From: an uncultured Bacteroidales bacterium
Lineage (GTDB): Bacteria > Bacteroidota > Bacteroidia > Bacteroidales > VadinHA17
DNA: 64,000 nucleotides
Assembly (NCBI GenBank): GCA_963765005.1
Contig: CAVXUP010000008.1
Coordinates: 244,396 to 308,395, forward strand
Reading direction: 5' to 3'
Part shown: positions 29,631 to 41,467 of the stretch, one piece after another
Numbering within the stretch: position 1 is the first letter of the stretch
Layout of the letters: the number at the start of each line of letters is the position of its first letter
Position numbers and translations under genes: made by a program
The notes under the pieces: model-generated
What the model was told of the DNA's origin: nothing
What the model saw: the letters and a program-made list of their open reading frames with translations, nothing else
Database searches by the model: none

Positions 29631-30053
29631 ATGGCCTTGAATATCAGCAACTTAGATCTTGCAGGCAAAATAATTGTTATAGTCGAGGATGATCTTCCAT
29701 CTATAATGTACTATGAAACCCTATTGAAAAATACAGGTGCAGAGGCTTATGTTTTCCGTACAGGCAAAGATTTTGTTGATTATATCTCCGACGGAAACAA
29801 AAAGATCGATCTCCTCTTCATAGATTACCTTATTCCTTTTGTAAATGGTGTAGATTGTACACGGCTTTTCAGGAAAACAAATAAAACCACTCCTGTTCTG
29901 ATGGTGACTGCCTACTCCTCCGACCAGACAAAGACCGAAGCGCTTATTGCAGGCTGCAACGAGTTTGTTCTGAAGCCTGTCTATCCTGAAAAGATATTTT
30001 TCCTTCTTGAAAAATATCTCCTCAGGGAGGTTAAAGTTCCTGAAAACTACTGA
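29631..30053 (+). CDS. Single-domain response regulator (receiver)
   Basis: IVEDD, D..IP..NG, VTAY, AGC..F..KP. Confidence 0.9.
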   Translation: MALNISNLDLAGKIIVIVEDDLPSIMYYETLLKNTGAEAYVFRTGKDFVDYISDGNKKIDLLFIDYLIPFVNGVDCTRLFRKTNKTTPVLMVTAYSSDQTKTEALIAGCNEFVLKPVYPEKIFFLLEKYLLREVKVPENY

Positions 30054-30063
30054 TCAAACCCCT

Positions 30064-33000
30064 TTATTTTCCTCCGGGGTTCATCGATCTTGAATACTCT
30101 CCAAAATAAGTTTCAAGTTTTTTGTTTATCTCTTCACCCTTTTCCTTGTTGCCGAAAGCAGCACATGCCTCGGCTACCTGCGATGTATACTGCATTGCTG
30201 AACGGATCTCATATTCAGCAGAGTTTACTACATACGGCGACTGCTTAAGATAATAATCGAGTTTTTCATAATAGTATTTACAGAGGTCATCTGTCATCTC
30301 AAGTGCCTTCGCAGAACCCCCGGCCAGAAAATAGCCTTCAATGATATCTGCCATATACGGATCGTATGGGATTTTATCGAGAGGAAGATTCTCCATGCAA
30401 TAATCAAGCACCCTGAGGGCCTGATCGTCCTTCCCCTTTTCCGAAAGGGCTTTTGCCAGACGGGCATAGTTCAGCCGAGACTTAATGACCATAAGAGTCC
30501 TTCTATGGTTATAATCGATATTAACCCCTTTCTCTTTTGCTCCCCCCCAGACAAACTTATTCATCATGTTTTCATAAAGGATGTCGGCATCGACTCTGCC
30601 GTACTCAAGCCAGTTCTTATTCTGCGACTTTATCGGAACCAGTCTGTAAGCCAGACCCTCCAGCTGGAAGTACTCTTCAAGACCAAAGGCATCTTCGTGA
30701 TAACCTGTGACAAAATAAATCGGCCGGGTCCAGTCATTATTGGCAAGGATATCAAGAATTATCAGCTGGCTTTTTAAAATCCTGCTGCCTTTAAGCTTAA
30801 TATCAATATAGGGTACTATCTTGTCTGCATCTTCTGGTTTTACACACCCCGAAGCAATAACTTTTGCAGAATCAACAGGTATCCTGATTGTCCTGGTCGG
30901 AATAATGTCGTACCACTCTGTGGAAGATGCCTGCACTTTTGTTCCTTTGTTATCACTCTTTACCCATTCGATTACCGTTTTGATATCGATAGGTTCCTTA
31001 AATTTCTCAAAAATGAATACCTGGTTATTTATTCCGTCGTAATATTTCTTCACAGGCAGTGAGACAGGCAGCGGGTCTGACTCATACATTTTCTGCTTCA
31101 TCTGGTCAACATACCAGTCGGTGTTGAGAAGCATCAGGTTGCAGACTCTTACATCTGTCCGCTTACCTTCAACCTCCTGGGCATACCACAGCGGGAAGGT
31201 ATCATTATCGCCGTTTGTGAAAAGTATTGCATCTTCAGCGCAGCTGTTGAGATAATTGAATGCCACATCTCTGGCCAGGTAACGCCCCGACCTGTCATGG
31301 TCATCCCAGTTCTCTGCTCCCATCACAACAGGTACTGCAAAAAGACATATTATTCCGGCCAGTGGAGCTGCGACCTTTTCGCCCGTCAGTTTCGAAAGCG
31401 CCTCGAAAAGCGCAAGAACACCGAGTCCCACCCATATTGTAAAGAAGTAAAAGGAGCCGGCATAGGCGTAATCCCTTTCCCTGGGCTGATTGGGATACTG
31501 GTTAAGATAAAAGACAATGGCAATGCCGGTAAGGACGAAAAGCAGCATTACTATTCCCCAGTTCTTGTTATCGCGGTTGAGCTGGTAGAACAGCCCTGCC
31601 AACCCCAGCAGAAAAGGAAGCAGAAAGTACTTGTTCCTTGAAGGATCATTCTTCTGGTCTGCCGGCAGATCAGAAGTGCCTACCCGGGGTTCATCAAGGA
31701 AATTAATCCCGGTGATCCAGTTTCCGTTGATAGCGCCTCCGGTCCCCTGTGTATCATTCTGCCTGCCTGAAAAGTTCCACATGAAGTACCTGAAATACAT
31801 ATACCCGTACTGGTATGTGAACATGAACCTGAGGTTTTCGCTGAACCGCGGCTTTCTTACAATTGTTTTCTCCCCTGATTGCGGATCTGTAGTCTGCAGT
31901 GGTGTTCCCTTAACCTTTCCCCACTCTTCATAGACAGAAATATGATCTTCCTGATCGCTCCACATCCTGGGAAATATTGTTTCAAATCTTGGATCATATA
32001 TCCGTTCAATATTGTAACTGGTACGGATGTATTTGTCATTCTCCAGAGCATACCTTGGTTTACCATCCTTATATTCCAGAACCGGGGCATTATAATATGC
32101 ACCAAAGAAAAGCGGTCTCTGGCCGTACTGCTCCCGGTTAAGAAAATACAGAAGGTTAAAAGGGTCCGATGGGTTATTTTCATTGAGAGGAGTTCCGGCT
32201 GAAGAACGTATGACTATTATGGCATTTGAGGAATATCCGATGAGAATTACAACAATCGCTGTCAGGAAAGTATTCAGTACTCTTCTGCTCTTGCCGGCAA
32301 GATACCATACCAGAGAAGAAATTATTACAAGAAGCAGGATGTTAAATAAAAAAGACCCGGAGACAACCCAGATGCCTGTAAGGAACAAAGCGGCAATAGC
32401 AAAAATTGCATTTCTGCTGCTGTTTGATGAGGTCAGAGAAAATCTGATGGCAACAACAAAAGCTAGAGAAAGCAGAATCATGTGAAAAATCATCCCGCTG
32501 TTTGCAGGAAGACCGAGGGAGTTGACAAAGAAATAATCTGCCTTAGTCGAAATTGTGACAAGTCCGGGTATTATGCCATACAACAGAAGCGCCAAAAGCA
32601 CTACGGAAAGACCGAATGAGAAAAAAAATCCTTTCCAGCTGAATTCGAATTTCCTGAAATAATAGACAAGCACTATTGCGGGCAGGGCCAGCAGGTTAAG
32701 AAGGTGGACACCAATTGACAACCCCATCAGAAAAGCGATCAGGATAAGCCATCGGTCGGCATATTTTTCATCGGCCACATCCTCCCATTTGAGTATCGCC
32801 CAGAAAACAACCGCAGTAAATAGTGAAGAGGAGGCATATACCTCACCCTCGACGGCGGAGAACCAGAATGAGTCGGAAAATGTATAGGCGAGAGCCCCGA
32901 CAACTCCCGAACCGAGAACTGCAATTATTCTGGCCATTGTGAATTGCTCATCAACTTTTATGAGAATCTTGCGGGCAAGGTGAGTGATTGTCCAGAAAAG

Positions 33001-33282
33001 GAAAAGTATGGTAAACGCGCTTGCAAGACCTGACATGGCATTTACCATGACTGAAACCCTGGAAGTGTCTCCGAAAGCGAAAAGGGTAAAGAACCTTGCC
33101 ATTACCATGAAGACAGGGTTTCCCGGAGGATGTCCGACCTCAAGCTTGAAGGCTGATGCTATAAACTCCCCGCAATCCCACAGGCTTGCTGTCGGCTCAA
33201 GGGTCAACAGATATGTTATTGCTGCGACCAAAAAAACTGCCCAGCCTGCTATGTTGTTTAAAAACCTGTACTGTTTCATCAT
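30064..33282 (-). CDS. DUF2723-domain membrane glycosyltransferase (TMEM260-like)
   Basis: WDCGEFI, HPPG.P, FWFSAVEGEVYA, QPRERDY, FTNGDNDTFPLWY. Confidence 0.92.
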   Translation of the reverse strand: MMKQYRFLNNIAGWAVFLVAAITYLLTLEPTASLWDCGEFIASAFKLEVGHPPGNPVFMVMARFFTLFAFGDTSRVSVMVNAMSGLASAFTILFLFWTITHLARKILIKVDEQFTMARIIAVLGSGVVGALAYTFSDSFWFSAVEGEVYASSSLFTAVVFWAILKWEDVADEKYADRWLILIAFLMGLSIGVHLLNLLALPAIVLVYYFRKFEFSWKGFFFSFGLSVVLLALLLYGIIPGLVTISTKADYFFVNSLGLPANSGMIFHMILLSLAFVVAIRFSLTSSNSSRNAIFAIAALFLTGIWVVSGSFLFNILLLVIISSLVWYLAGKSRRVLNTFLTAIVVILIGYSSNAIIVIRSSAGTPLNENNPSDPFNLLYFLNREQYGQRPLFFGAYYNAPVLEYKDGKPRYALENDKYIRTSYNIERIYDPRFETIFPRMWSDQEDHISVYEEWGKVKGTPLQTTDPQSGEKTIVRKPRFSENLRFMFTYQYGYMYFRYFMWNFSGRQNDTQGTGGAINGNWITGINFLDEPRVGTSDLPADQKNDPSRNKYFLLPFLLGLAGLFYQLNRDNKNWGIVMLLFVLTGIAIVFYLNQYPNQPRERDYAYAGSFYFFTIWVGLGVLALFEALSKLTGEKVAAPLAGIICLFAVPVVMGAENWDDHDRSGRYLARDVAFNYLNSCAEDAILFTNGDNDTFPLWYAQEVEGKRTDVRVCNLMLLNTDWYVDQMKQKMYESDPLPVSLPVKKYYDGINNQVFIFEKFKEPIDIKTVIEWVKSDNKGTKVQASSTEWYDIIPTRTIRIPVDSAKVIASGCVKPEDADKIVPYIDIKLKGSRILKSQLIILDILANNDWTRPIYFVTGYHEDAFGLEEYFQLEGLAYRLVPIKSQNKNWLEYGRVDADILYENMMNKFVWGGAKEKGVNIDYNHRRTLMVIKSRLNYARLAKALSEKGKDDQALRVLDYCMENLPLDKIPYDPYMADIIEGYFLAGGSAKALEMTDDLCKYYYEKLDYYLKQSPYVVNSAEYEIRSAMQYTSQVAEACAAFGNKEKGEEINKKLETYFGEYSRSMNPGGK

Positions 33283-33407
33283 TATTTTAGCTGTTTACAG
33301 GAAGTCCCCTGTGTATTCAGATGACGAAAATACAGTTTTTTTTCCTAATTGAGCCTACCTGCTGATCATCATATAATTTGCTACTTTTGACCAATATTAC
33401 GCCATCA

Positions 33408-36327
33408 ATGAGCCATCTGCGATTCATACTGAACTTTCTGCTTCTGCTTGTCACGATCTCGTCAGCTGCACAGTACTACGAAACTGGTGAGGATCCTGCC
33501 TCAATCAGATGGAAGGAAATCAAGACCGAACATTTCAGCGTGATCTATCCTGAGAAATATGGCTCGCTGGGTGCTGAATATGCCAGATCACTCGAAAATG
33601 GCCTCTTCAAAGCTCGAAATACTTTATCCCGGGAAAAAAATCAGGATCCCTGTTGTAATACACAACTATTCGGTACATTCAAACGCTTATGTCGCATGGG
33701 CGCCACGCAGGATGGAGCTCTTTCCTACACCTGAGCAGAACAATATTCCCCTCAACCCTTTTGAACAGCTCTCAATACATGAGCTGACCCATGTAAACCA
33801 GATGGTTGCACTAAACACCGGCTTCTCAAAAGCCGCCTCATACCTTTTTGGTGAACAGTTTACAGGTCTTGATGCCGCTCTTCTTCCTCTCTGGTATCTC
33901 GAAGGCGACGCAGTCTTTGCCGAATCAGCGCTAACGGAATCAGGACGGGGCCGCATACCGGCCTTCCAGAAAGAGCTGAAAGCAATCATTTCAGAGAAAG
34001 GTGAAATGTTCAAATACGACAAGATCGTAAACAGTTCGTATAAGGATTATGTCCCCAACCATTACCAGTCAGGTTTTCAGATAACGACCTGGGCCAGGGC
34101 AAAGTACGGAAATGAGATCTGGAATAAAGCTCTTAAAAAAACAGGCGCAGAACCCTTCACTGTCAATCCTGTCAACATAAGCCTGCGTGAGAACACAGGG
34201 CTCAGAAAAAAGAGTCTTTTCACTGAAGCATTCGATACTCTTAAGACAATATGGGCTGCAGAGGCTGTAGAGGCTGTAAAGGCTGTAGAAGGCAGTAAAA
34301 AAAACTATCCTGCTGTCAATCCTGAGAAGAAGGGCAGGTACATAAACTATTACTCTCCTGTTTACACTGAAACCGAAAGCATAATTGCAGTAAAAACATC
34401 ACTCTCTTCACCTCCTTCCTTTGTGCTTATCGATCCTCTCTCAAAAACTGAGAAGCTTATTCATACTCCTGGTATAATATATCCTTTCTTCATTTCTTAT
34501 GGAGGTACTAAGCTTGTATGGGTTGAATTACAATATGATATGAGATGGAAGAATCGCGAGTTTTCAGTTGTCAAAATAATGGATCTGACAACAGGAACTG
34601 TAAGAAGGCTTTCAAAAAGATCGAGGTATCTGGCTGCTTCAATTTCACCTGATGGAAAAACAATTTCAGCAGTCGAAAACAGCATTGACAATAAAACAAG
34701 CCTTGTTCTGATTGATCCCGGAACAGGAGAAGTAAGACAGGCAATTCCATCGCCTGACAATTCATATCTTCAGAGACCTCAGTGGTCGTCTGGGGGTGAC
34801 ATTATCACTCTTATTTCCCTGACTGACGACGGCGAGGGAATTGTATCATATTCACCAGCTACAGGAACCTGGAAAACTCTGATTCAGCCGGGGAGAGAGG
34901 ATCTTCAATCAACATTTCTCCGCAATGACTCTCTCTATTTCATAAGCTCTGCGTCGGGGACCGAAAATCTTATGCTGCTGACTCCTGAAGGAAAAGTAAG
35001 TTCAGTCACAAACTCAAAATTCGGGGCAACAGACTTCTGTATAAATAGTCAGAATCTTGTTTTCAGCGATTACAGCGCTTCAGGGAACAACCTTGGCTTT
35101 GCAAAGCTTAATGATAACCTTCCGGTTCCATCCTTAAAAAATGATTCTGCTTCATTTCTTATAAATCGTTTTGATTTTCAAACAAAAACAGCCGACACCT
35201 CGACAAACACTTCATTTATTCCAAGGCCTTACAGGAAGTGGCAGCATCTTTTCCGCTTTCACAGCTGGATGCCATTCTATGCTGACCTTGATGAGATAAC
35301 AAGCGATCCGGCGTCTATAAGACCCGGACTTACATTAATGACTCAAAATACATTAAGCACGCTTATCTCAACAATTGGTTACGAATATTCCGAGGAAAAG
35401 AAGAATCTCCTTCACACAAAGATAACCTGGAAAGGATGGTATCCTGTTTTTGAAACTGAAGTTGACTGGGGGAATAATCCAGGTATTTCGAAGGCAGGCA
35501 GCAATGTTGGTGATCCGTCAGAAATACGCAGGGGAGTCAGCCTGCTAAACACAGTATCTGTTCCTTTGCGGTTTTCGGGCGGAAGGTTCTTTCAATATCT
35601 CCGTCCGTCATTTACCTGGGAATACAGCAATGATTACATTTATGTTAAAGAAGATCTTGCTTACGATTACGGTCAGTCTGTCAATACGGCCCGGATCTAT
35701 TTCTCAAATTACTACAGATACGCATATCGTGATATTAATCCGCGATGGGCACAGACTATTGATGTCAGCTACACCTTTGCTCCCTGGGACAAGGATATTT
35801 ATGGAACATCACTTACATTCAGGACTTCTCTTTACTTCCCGGGGTTTTTTCCGAATCACAGCATCAGGCTGAAGTACGAAAATGAGAATCAGGATCCTTC
35901 GAAATTCATGTATGGAAATAAGGTCCCGCTTCCCCGCGGTTACACAGATATCCGTTCGCGTGAGAGGGAACTGATCTCGGCCGACTATACGATGCCGCTT
36001 CTGTATCCTGACCTCAACCTGGCAAGCCTTATTTACATAACAAGGATCAGAACCTCTCTCTTCTATGATTTTTCGGCATCTGACGGCAATACCTATTATA
36101 ACCTCCCTGTTCCGCCTTATCAGGAATACCGGAATTATGAGGAGTTATTCAGATCGTATGGCTTTGAGCTGCTCGCTGATTTTCACCTCTTCAGGTTGCC
36201 CTTTGAAATATCGGGAGGCATCCAGACTGCCTGGACAGAAGCAAACGACAAGCCAGTATTGAAATTTCTTCTGAATATTGACCTTTTCGGCATGAATATA
36301 GGGAGAAACCAACGAAGGCCTTTTTAG
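33408..36327 (+). pseudogene. Large exported TolB-like propeller/peptidase-like outer-membrane protein split by a +1 frameshift at about 33600; probably an assembly error
   Basis: Signal peptide MSHLRF.. joins the 33559 frame (ARSLEN-ASSKL) if one G is removed; HELTH and WYLEGDA motifs, SPDG repeats. Confidence 0.75.
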
Positions 36328-37742
36328 AGTGAAATGCCTCGGGCTGTATTTTTAATCTGTTCCCAGGCACTATGAACATGGTGTTCCGTTACATTGGTCT
36401 GAGCTGTAACCATCCTTAAGGTATACCTCCCATTCAAAACAGTATGAGTAAGATATAGCTTGCCTGAGTCGTTCAGAATATGGTTGAGTTTCTCATTAAG
36501 AATGTTCAGTTTATCTTCTTCAATGCCTCCCGGGTTGTACCTGAAGCACACCACACTTATCACAGTTGGAGCCAGAAGCTCAAAGTCATCCTCACGCGAG
36601 ATCCGGTCAGAAAGACCTTTCGCAAGCTGTATATGCAGCCGTACCATTGTGCGAAGCCCATCGGTTCCATACGACCTGATCACAAACCATAGTTTCAGGG
36701 CCCTGAACCTTCTTCCAAGCGGTACTCCCCAGTCGCGGTAGTCATTTACCTTTCCCCGGGTCCTGGTTTTAAGGTATTCGGGAAGCAGTTCAAAAGTTTT
36801 AATAAGAGCTGCAGCGTCTTTAACAAAGTATGCGGAACAGTCGAAGTTGGTGAACATCCATTTATGAGGATTGAACACAAAGCTGTCGATATATTCCCTG
36901 CCTTCGAGCATCCATTGAAACTCGGGCAGGATGAGAGCTGTCCCGGCCATTGCTGCATCGACATGCATGAATATTCCGTACTTATGGCAGATCTCTCCTA
37001 TTGCCTTCAGGGGATCGATGGCGGTTGTGCCAGTGGTGCCCAGAGTAGCAACTATGCAGCAGGGAACATATCCTTTCCCGATGTCGCCGGTTACAGCTTC
37101 CTCCAGTATAACCGGATCCATTGAAAAATCTTTGCGGACAGCAATCTTAACAAGGTTTTTCTTCCCGATTCCGCAAATTTTTACAGCTTTCTCAACCGAT
37201 GAATGCGTCTGCTCTGAACAATAAACCCTGAGCAATCCGTTTTCGGCTTTTCCGGTCTCGTTGAATGCATAGCCCGTAACCCTTTCCCTTGCGGTAATTA
37301 TTGCTGCAAGTGTTGCAGTGGATGCTGTATCCTGGATAACTCCCTCAAATCCGGCAGGAAGCCCGATAAGATCGCGGAGCCATTGCATCACCTTCTCTTC
37401 AAGCTCGGCTGCGGCCGGGGATGTTTCCCATATCATACACTGCGAACCGAGGGTTGCAGTGAGCATCTCTGCGAGTACAGAAGGCGGGCTTGTGTTTGCC
37501 GGGAAATATGCAAAGAAACCGGGATGCTGCCAGTGGGTTATCCCTGGCATGATGAGCTCATTGAAGTCTCTCATCAGGGAACTGAAAGGCTCTGCTTCCG
37601 TAGGAGGCAAAGCCGGCAGGCTGTTGAATATTGATCCCGGGCTTACAGATGATTTAACCGGATAGCTTTCAATATTCTCCATATATGAAGCCATCCATTC
37701 TACAAGCTCGTGGGCCTGTTTACGAAAATCATCAGGACTCAT
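36324..37742 (-). CDS. PLP-dependent aromatic-L-amino-acid decarboxylase (group II)
   Basis: PGITHWQHP.FFAYFP, HSSVEKA, HVDAA, NPHKW, LGRRFRALKLWF. Confidence 0.95.
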   Translation of the reverse strand: MSPDDFRKQAHELVEWMASYMENIESYPVKSSVSPGSIFNSLPALPPTEAEPFSSLMRDFNELIMPGITHWQHPGFFAYFPANTSPPSVLAEMLTATLGSQCMIWETSPAAAELEEKVMQWLRDLIGLPAGFEGVIQDTASTATLAAIITARERVTGYAFNETGKAENGLLRVYCSEQTHSSVEKAVKICGIGKKNLVKIAVRKDFSMDPVILEEAVTGDIGKGYVPCCIVATLGTTGTTAIDPLKAIGEICHKYGIFMHVDAAMAGTALILPEFQWMLEGREYIDSFVFNPHKWMFTNFDCSAYFVKDAAALIKTFELLPEYLKTRTRGKVNDYRDWGVPLGRRFRALKLWFVIRSYGTDGLRTMVRLHIQLAKGLSDRISREDDFELLAPTVISVVCFRYNPGGIEEDKLNILNEKLNHILNDSGKLYLTHTVLNGRYTLRMVTAQTNVTEHHVHSAWEQIKNTARGISL

Positions 37743-37752
37743 TTCAAGAATC

Positions 37753-37998
37753 TTAACTTACAGAATCTGCAAGAAGGATTATCTTATTGGCCTTTACTTC
37801 AATAACACCGCCGTTGATCTCAAACCTGGTCTCATGTCCTTCCATATCAGACAGAATCACAGGTCCGTTCTCGAGTGTGGAGATAATCGGGGCGTGGTCT
37901 TTCAGCACCTGGAACGATCCCTTCTTTCCGGGGACCCGTACTGATTTGATCTCGCCTTCGAAGATCTTTTTGTCGGGTGTTATAATCTCAATTTTCAT
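37753..37998 (-). CDS. atpC: ATP synthase F1 epsilon subunit (short form)
   Basis: IITPD, PG..G.F.VL.DHAPIIS.L, GGVIEV. Confidence 0.93.
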   Translation of the reverse strand: MKIEIITPDKKIFEGEIKSVRVPGKKGSFQVLKDHAPIISTLENGPVILSDMEGHETRFEINGGVIEVKANKIILLADSVS

Positions 37999-38007
37999 TC
38001 CTTATTG

Positions 38008-39525
<1,518 letters not shown>

Positions 39526-39549
39526 TTATTGTTTAAGTTTTACTATCCT

Positions 39550-40524
39550 CTATTTTTGTCTGTCAATCAGAGATTCAGCAAGTTGCACTATCTCTCCCTT
39601 TCTCTTTTTGTTTACGGCTACCTTCTCAAGCTTGCTGAAAGCCTTGTTAATAAATTCGCCTGCAATGTTTTCCGTAACTGACCTGATATTAAGCTGGTCA
39701 TATATTTCAATCACGCTTTTGATCTTTTCCTCCGGGTCAGGATCCTTTATCTCAACCAGTTCCTGAAGTCTTTTCCGTGTTTTGGATGTAGCCTTTTCCA
39801 TCGCCTTTACAAGCAGAAAGGTCTTTTTGTTCGAAACAATATCTCCCCCGGTTGCCTTGCCAAAAACCTTTTCGTCGCCATAGCTGTCAAGAAGGTCATC
39901 CTGGATCTGAAATGCAAGTCCGAGGTTCCTTCCGAATTCATACAGCAGATCCGAATCCTTTGGTCCGGCTCCGCCTATCAAACCTCCGATCTTTGAGGCA
40001 GCGGCAAGCAGGACTGATGTTTTAAGCTCTATCATCCTCAGATATTCAGCCTCCGAGACAAACCTGGCGTTTTCATAGTCGATGTCGAGCTGCTGACCAA
40101 CACAAACCTCAACAGCTGATTTGTTGAAAATCTTAAACACAGCTATAAGGTTTTCAGGGGGAGTCTGAAGAAAGCATTCGTTGGCTATAAATGCCATGAC
40201 ATCTCCTGAGAGGACTGCCTGATTAAGGTTATACTTGTTGTGAACTGTAGGGAAATTCCTCCTTACTGTCGCATGATCCATGATATCGTCATGGACAAGG
40301 GTGAAATTATGAAACACCTCGAGACCGACAGCCGGCATTACTGCATCATCGATCTGATCGCTGAAGAGGTTACAGGCCATAAGAGCAAGAACAGGCCGGA
40401 TCCTTTTTCCTCCAATGGATAAGGTATACCGGACAGGGTCGATAAGCTTAACCGCCTCCTGGTTATAGGAGAGATTTGATATCGCCCTATCGACTAACTG
40501 TTTTAGTTCTGCCTGGTTATACAT
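39550..40524 (-). CDS. Polyprenyl (FPP/GGPP) diphosphate synthase
   Basis: GGKRIRP, HDDIMD...RR, GQQLD, FQIQDDLLD. Confidence 0.95.
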   Translation of the reverse strand: MYNQAELKQLVDRAISNLSYNQEAVKLIDPVRYTLSIGGKRIRPVLALMACNLFSDQIDDAVMPAVGLEVFHNFTLVHDDIMDHATVRRNFPTVHNKYNLNQAVLSGDVMAFIANECFLQTPPENLIAVFKIFNKSAVEVCVGQQLDIDYENARFVSEAEYLRMIELKTSVLLAAASKIGGLIGGAGPKDSDLLYEFGRNLGLAFQIQDDLLDSYGDEKVFGKATGGDIVSNKKTFLLVKAMEKATSKTRKRLQELVEIKDPDPEEKIKSVIEIYDQLNIRSVTENIAGEFINKAFSKLEKVAVNKKRKGEIVQLAESLIDRQK

Positions 40525-40551
40525 TTCTTCTTATGCTTCTTTCAATCTCAG

Positions 40552-41436
40552 TTAACCCCTCAAAGCTTCTGCTCCGCTCACCACTTCTAGGATCTGGTTT
40601 GTTATTGTAGCCTGACGCGCCTTGTTGTACTGAAGGGTAAGGTCACGGATCATGCCGGTGGCATTGTCTGTTGCCTTATGCATGGCTGTCATTCTGGCAC
40701 CGTGTTCAGCAACAAATGAATCAAGGATTGCCTTATAGAACTGAATCTTCAATGATTTGGGAATCAGTTCCTTCACTATTTCCTCTTTTGTAGGTTCATA
40801 GATATAATCGACTGCAGCATTTCCGCCCTTCTCGATTTTCACCGTCTCAACCGGAAGAAACTGCTCATTTGTAAGATTCTGAACAGCAGCATTCTTAAAC
40901 TGGTTATACACCAGCTCAACCCTGTCGTATTCGCCGGCAGTAAAACTTTTCATAATCTGTTCCGTAACAGCAGATACATTTTCGAAGGTAAGCTCATTAT
41001 AAAGCTGGTTTTTGTCAGGAAGCATCTTTACCTTCGCCTTCCTGAAATAATCAAAACCCTTTTTGCCGATTGTGAGCAGGTGAAGGTTCCCTTTTTTGTA
41101 CTGTTCGGGATATTTCTCAGCGACAACCCGTCTGGCTTCCTTGATTACGTTTGAATTGAACGCTCCGCAGAGTCCGCGATTTGATGTTATTACCACAATA
41201 AGAATCTTTTCGGGAGCAGAGACGCGTCCGTAAACATTTTCTATCTCAGCATCGGCAAGGCTCCGGTTCAGATCGACCAGAATCTCGTGCAGCTTATTGG
41301 CATAAGGTCTGAGCCGTACGATCTTATCCTGTGCCTTTCGCAATTTGGCTGCAGAGACCATCTTCATGGCTGAGGTAATCTGCCTTGTAGACTTTACAGA
41401 AGCGATCCTTATCCTTATTGCTTTTAAATTTGCCAT
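40552..41436 (-). CDS. atpG: ATP synthase F1 gamma subunit
   Basis: ITSAMKMVSAAK, RGLCGAFN, EHGARMTAM, ARQATIT. Confidence 0.98.
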   Translation of the reverse strand: MANLKAIRIRIASVKSTRQITSAMKMVSAAKLRKAQDKIVRLRPYANKLHEILVDLNRSLADAEIENVYGRVSAPEKILIVVITSNRGLCGAFNSNVIKEARRVVAEKYPEQYKKGNLHLLTIGKKGFDYFRKAKVKMLPDKNQLYNELTFENVSAVTEQIMKSFTAGEYDRVELVYNQFKNAAVQNLTNEQFLPVETVKIEKGGNAAVDYIYEPTKEEIVKELIPKSLKIQFYKAILDSFVAEHGARMTAMHKATDNATGMIRDLTLQYNKARQATITNQILEVVSGAEALRG

Positions 41437-41467
41437 CTGTTAATCAATTATTCAGCTTATCAGTTTA

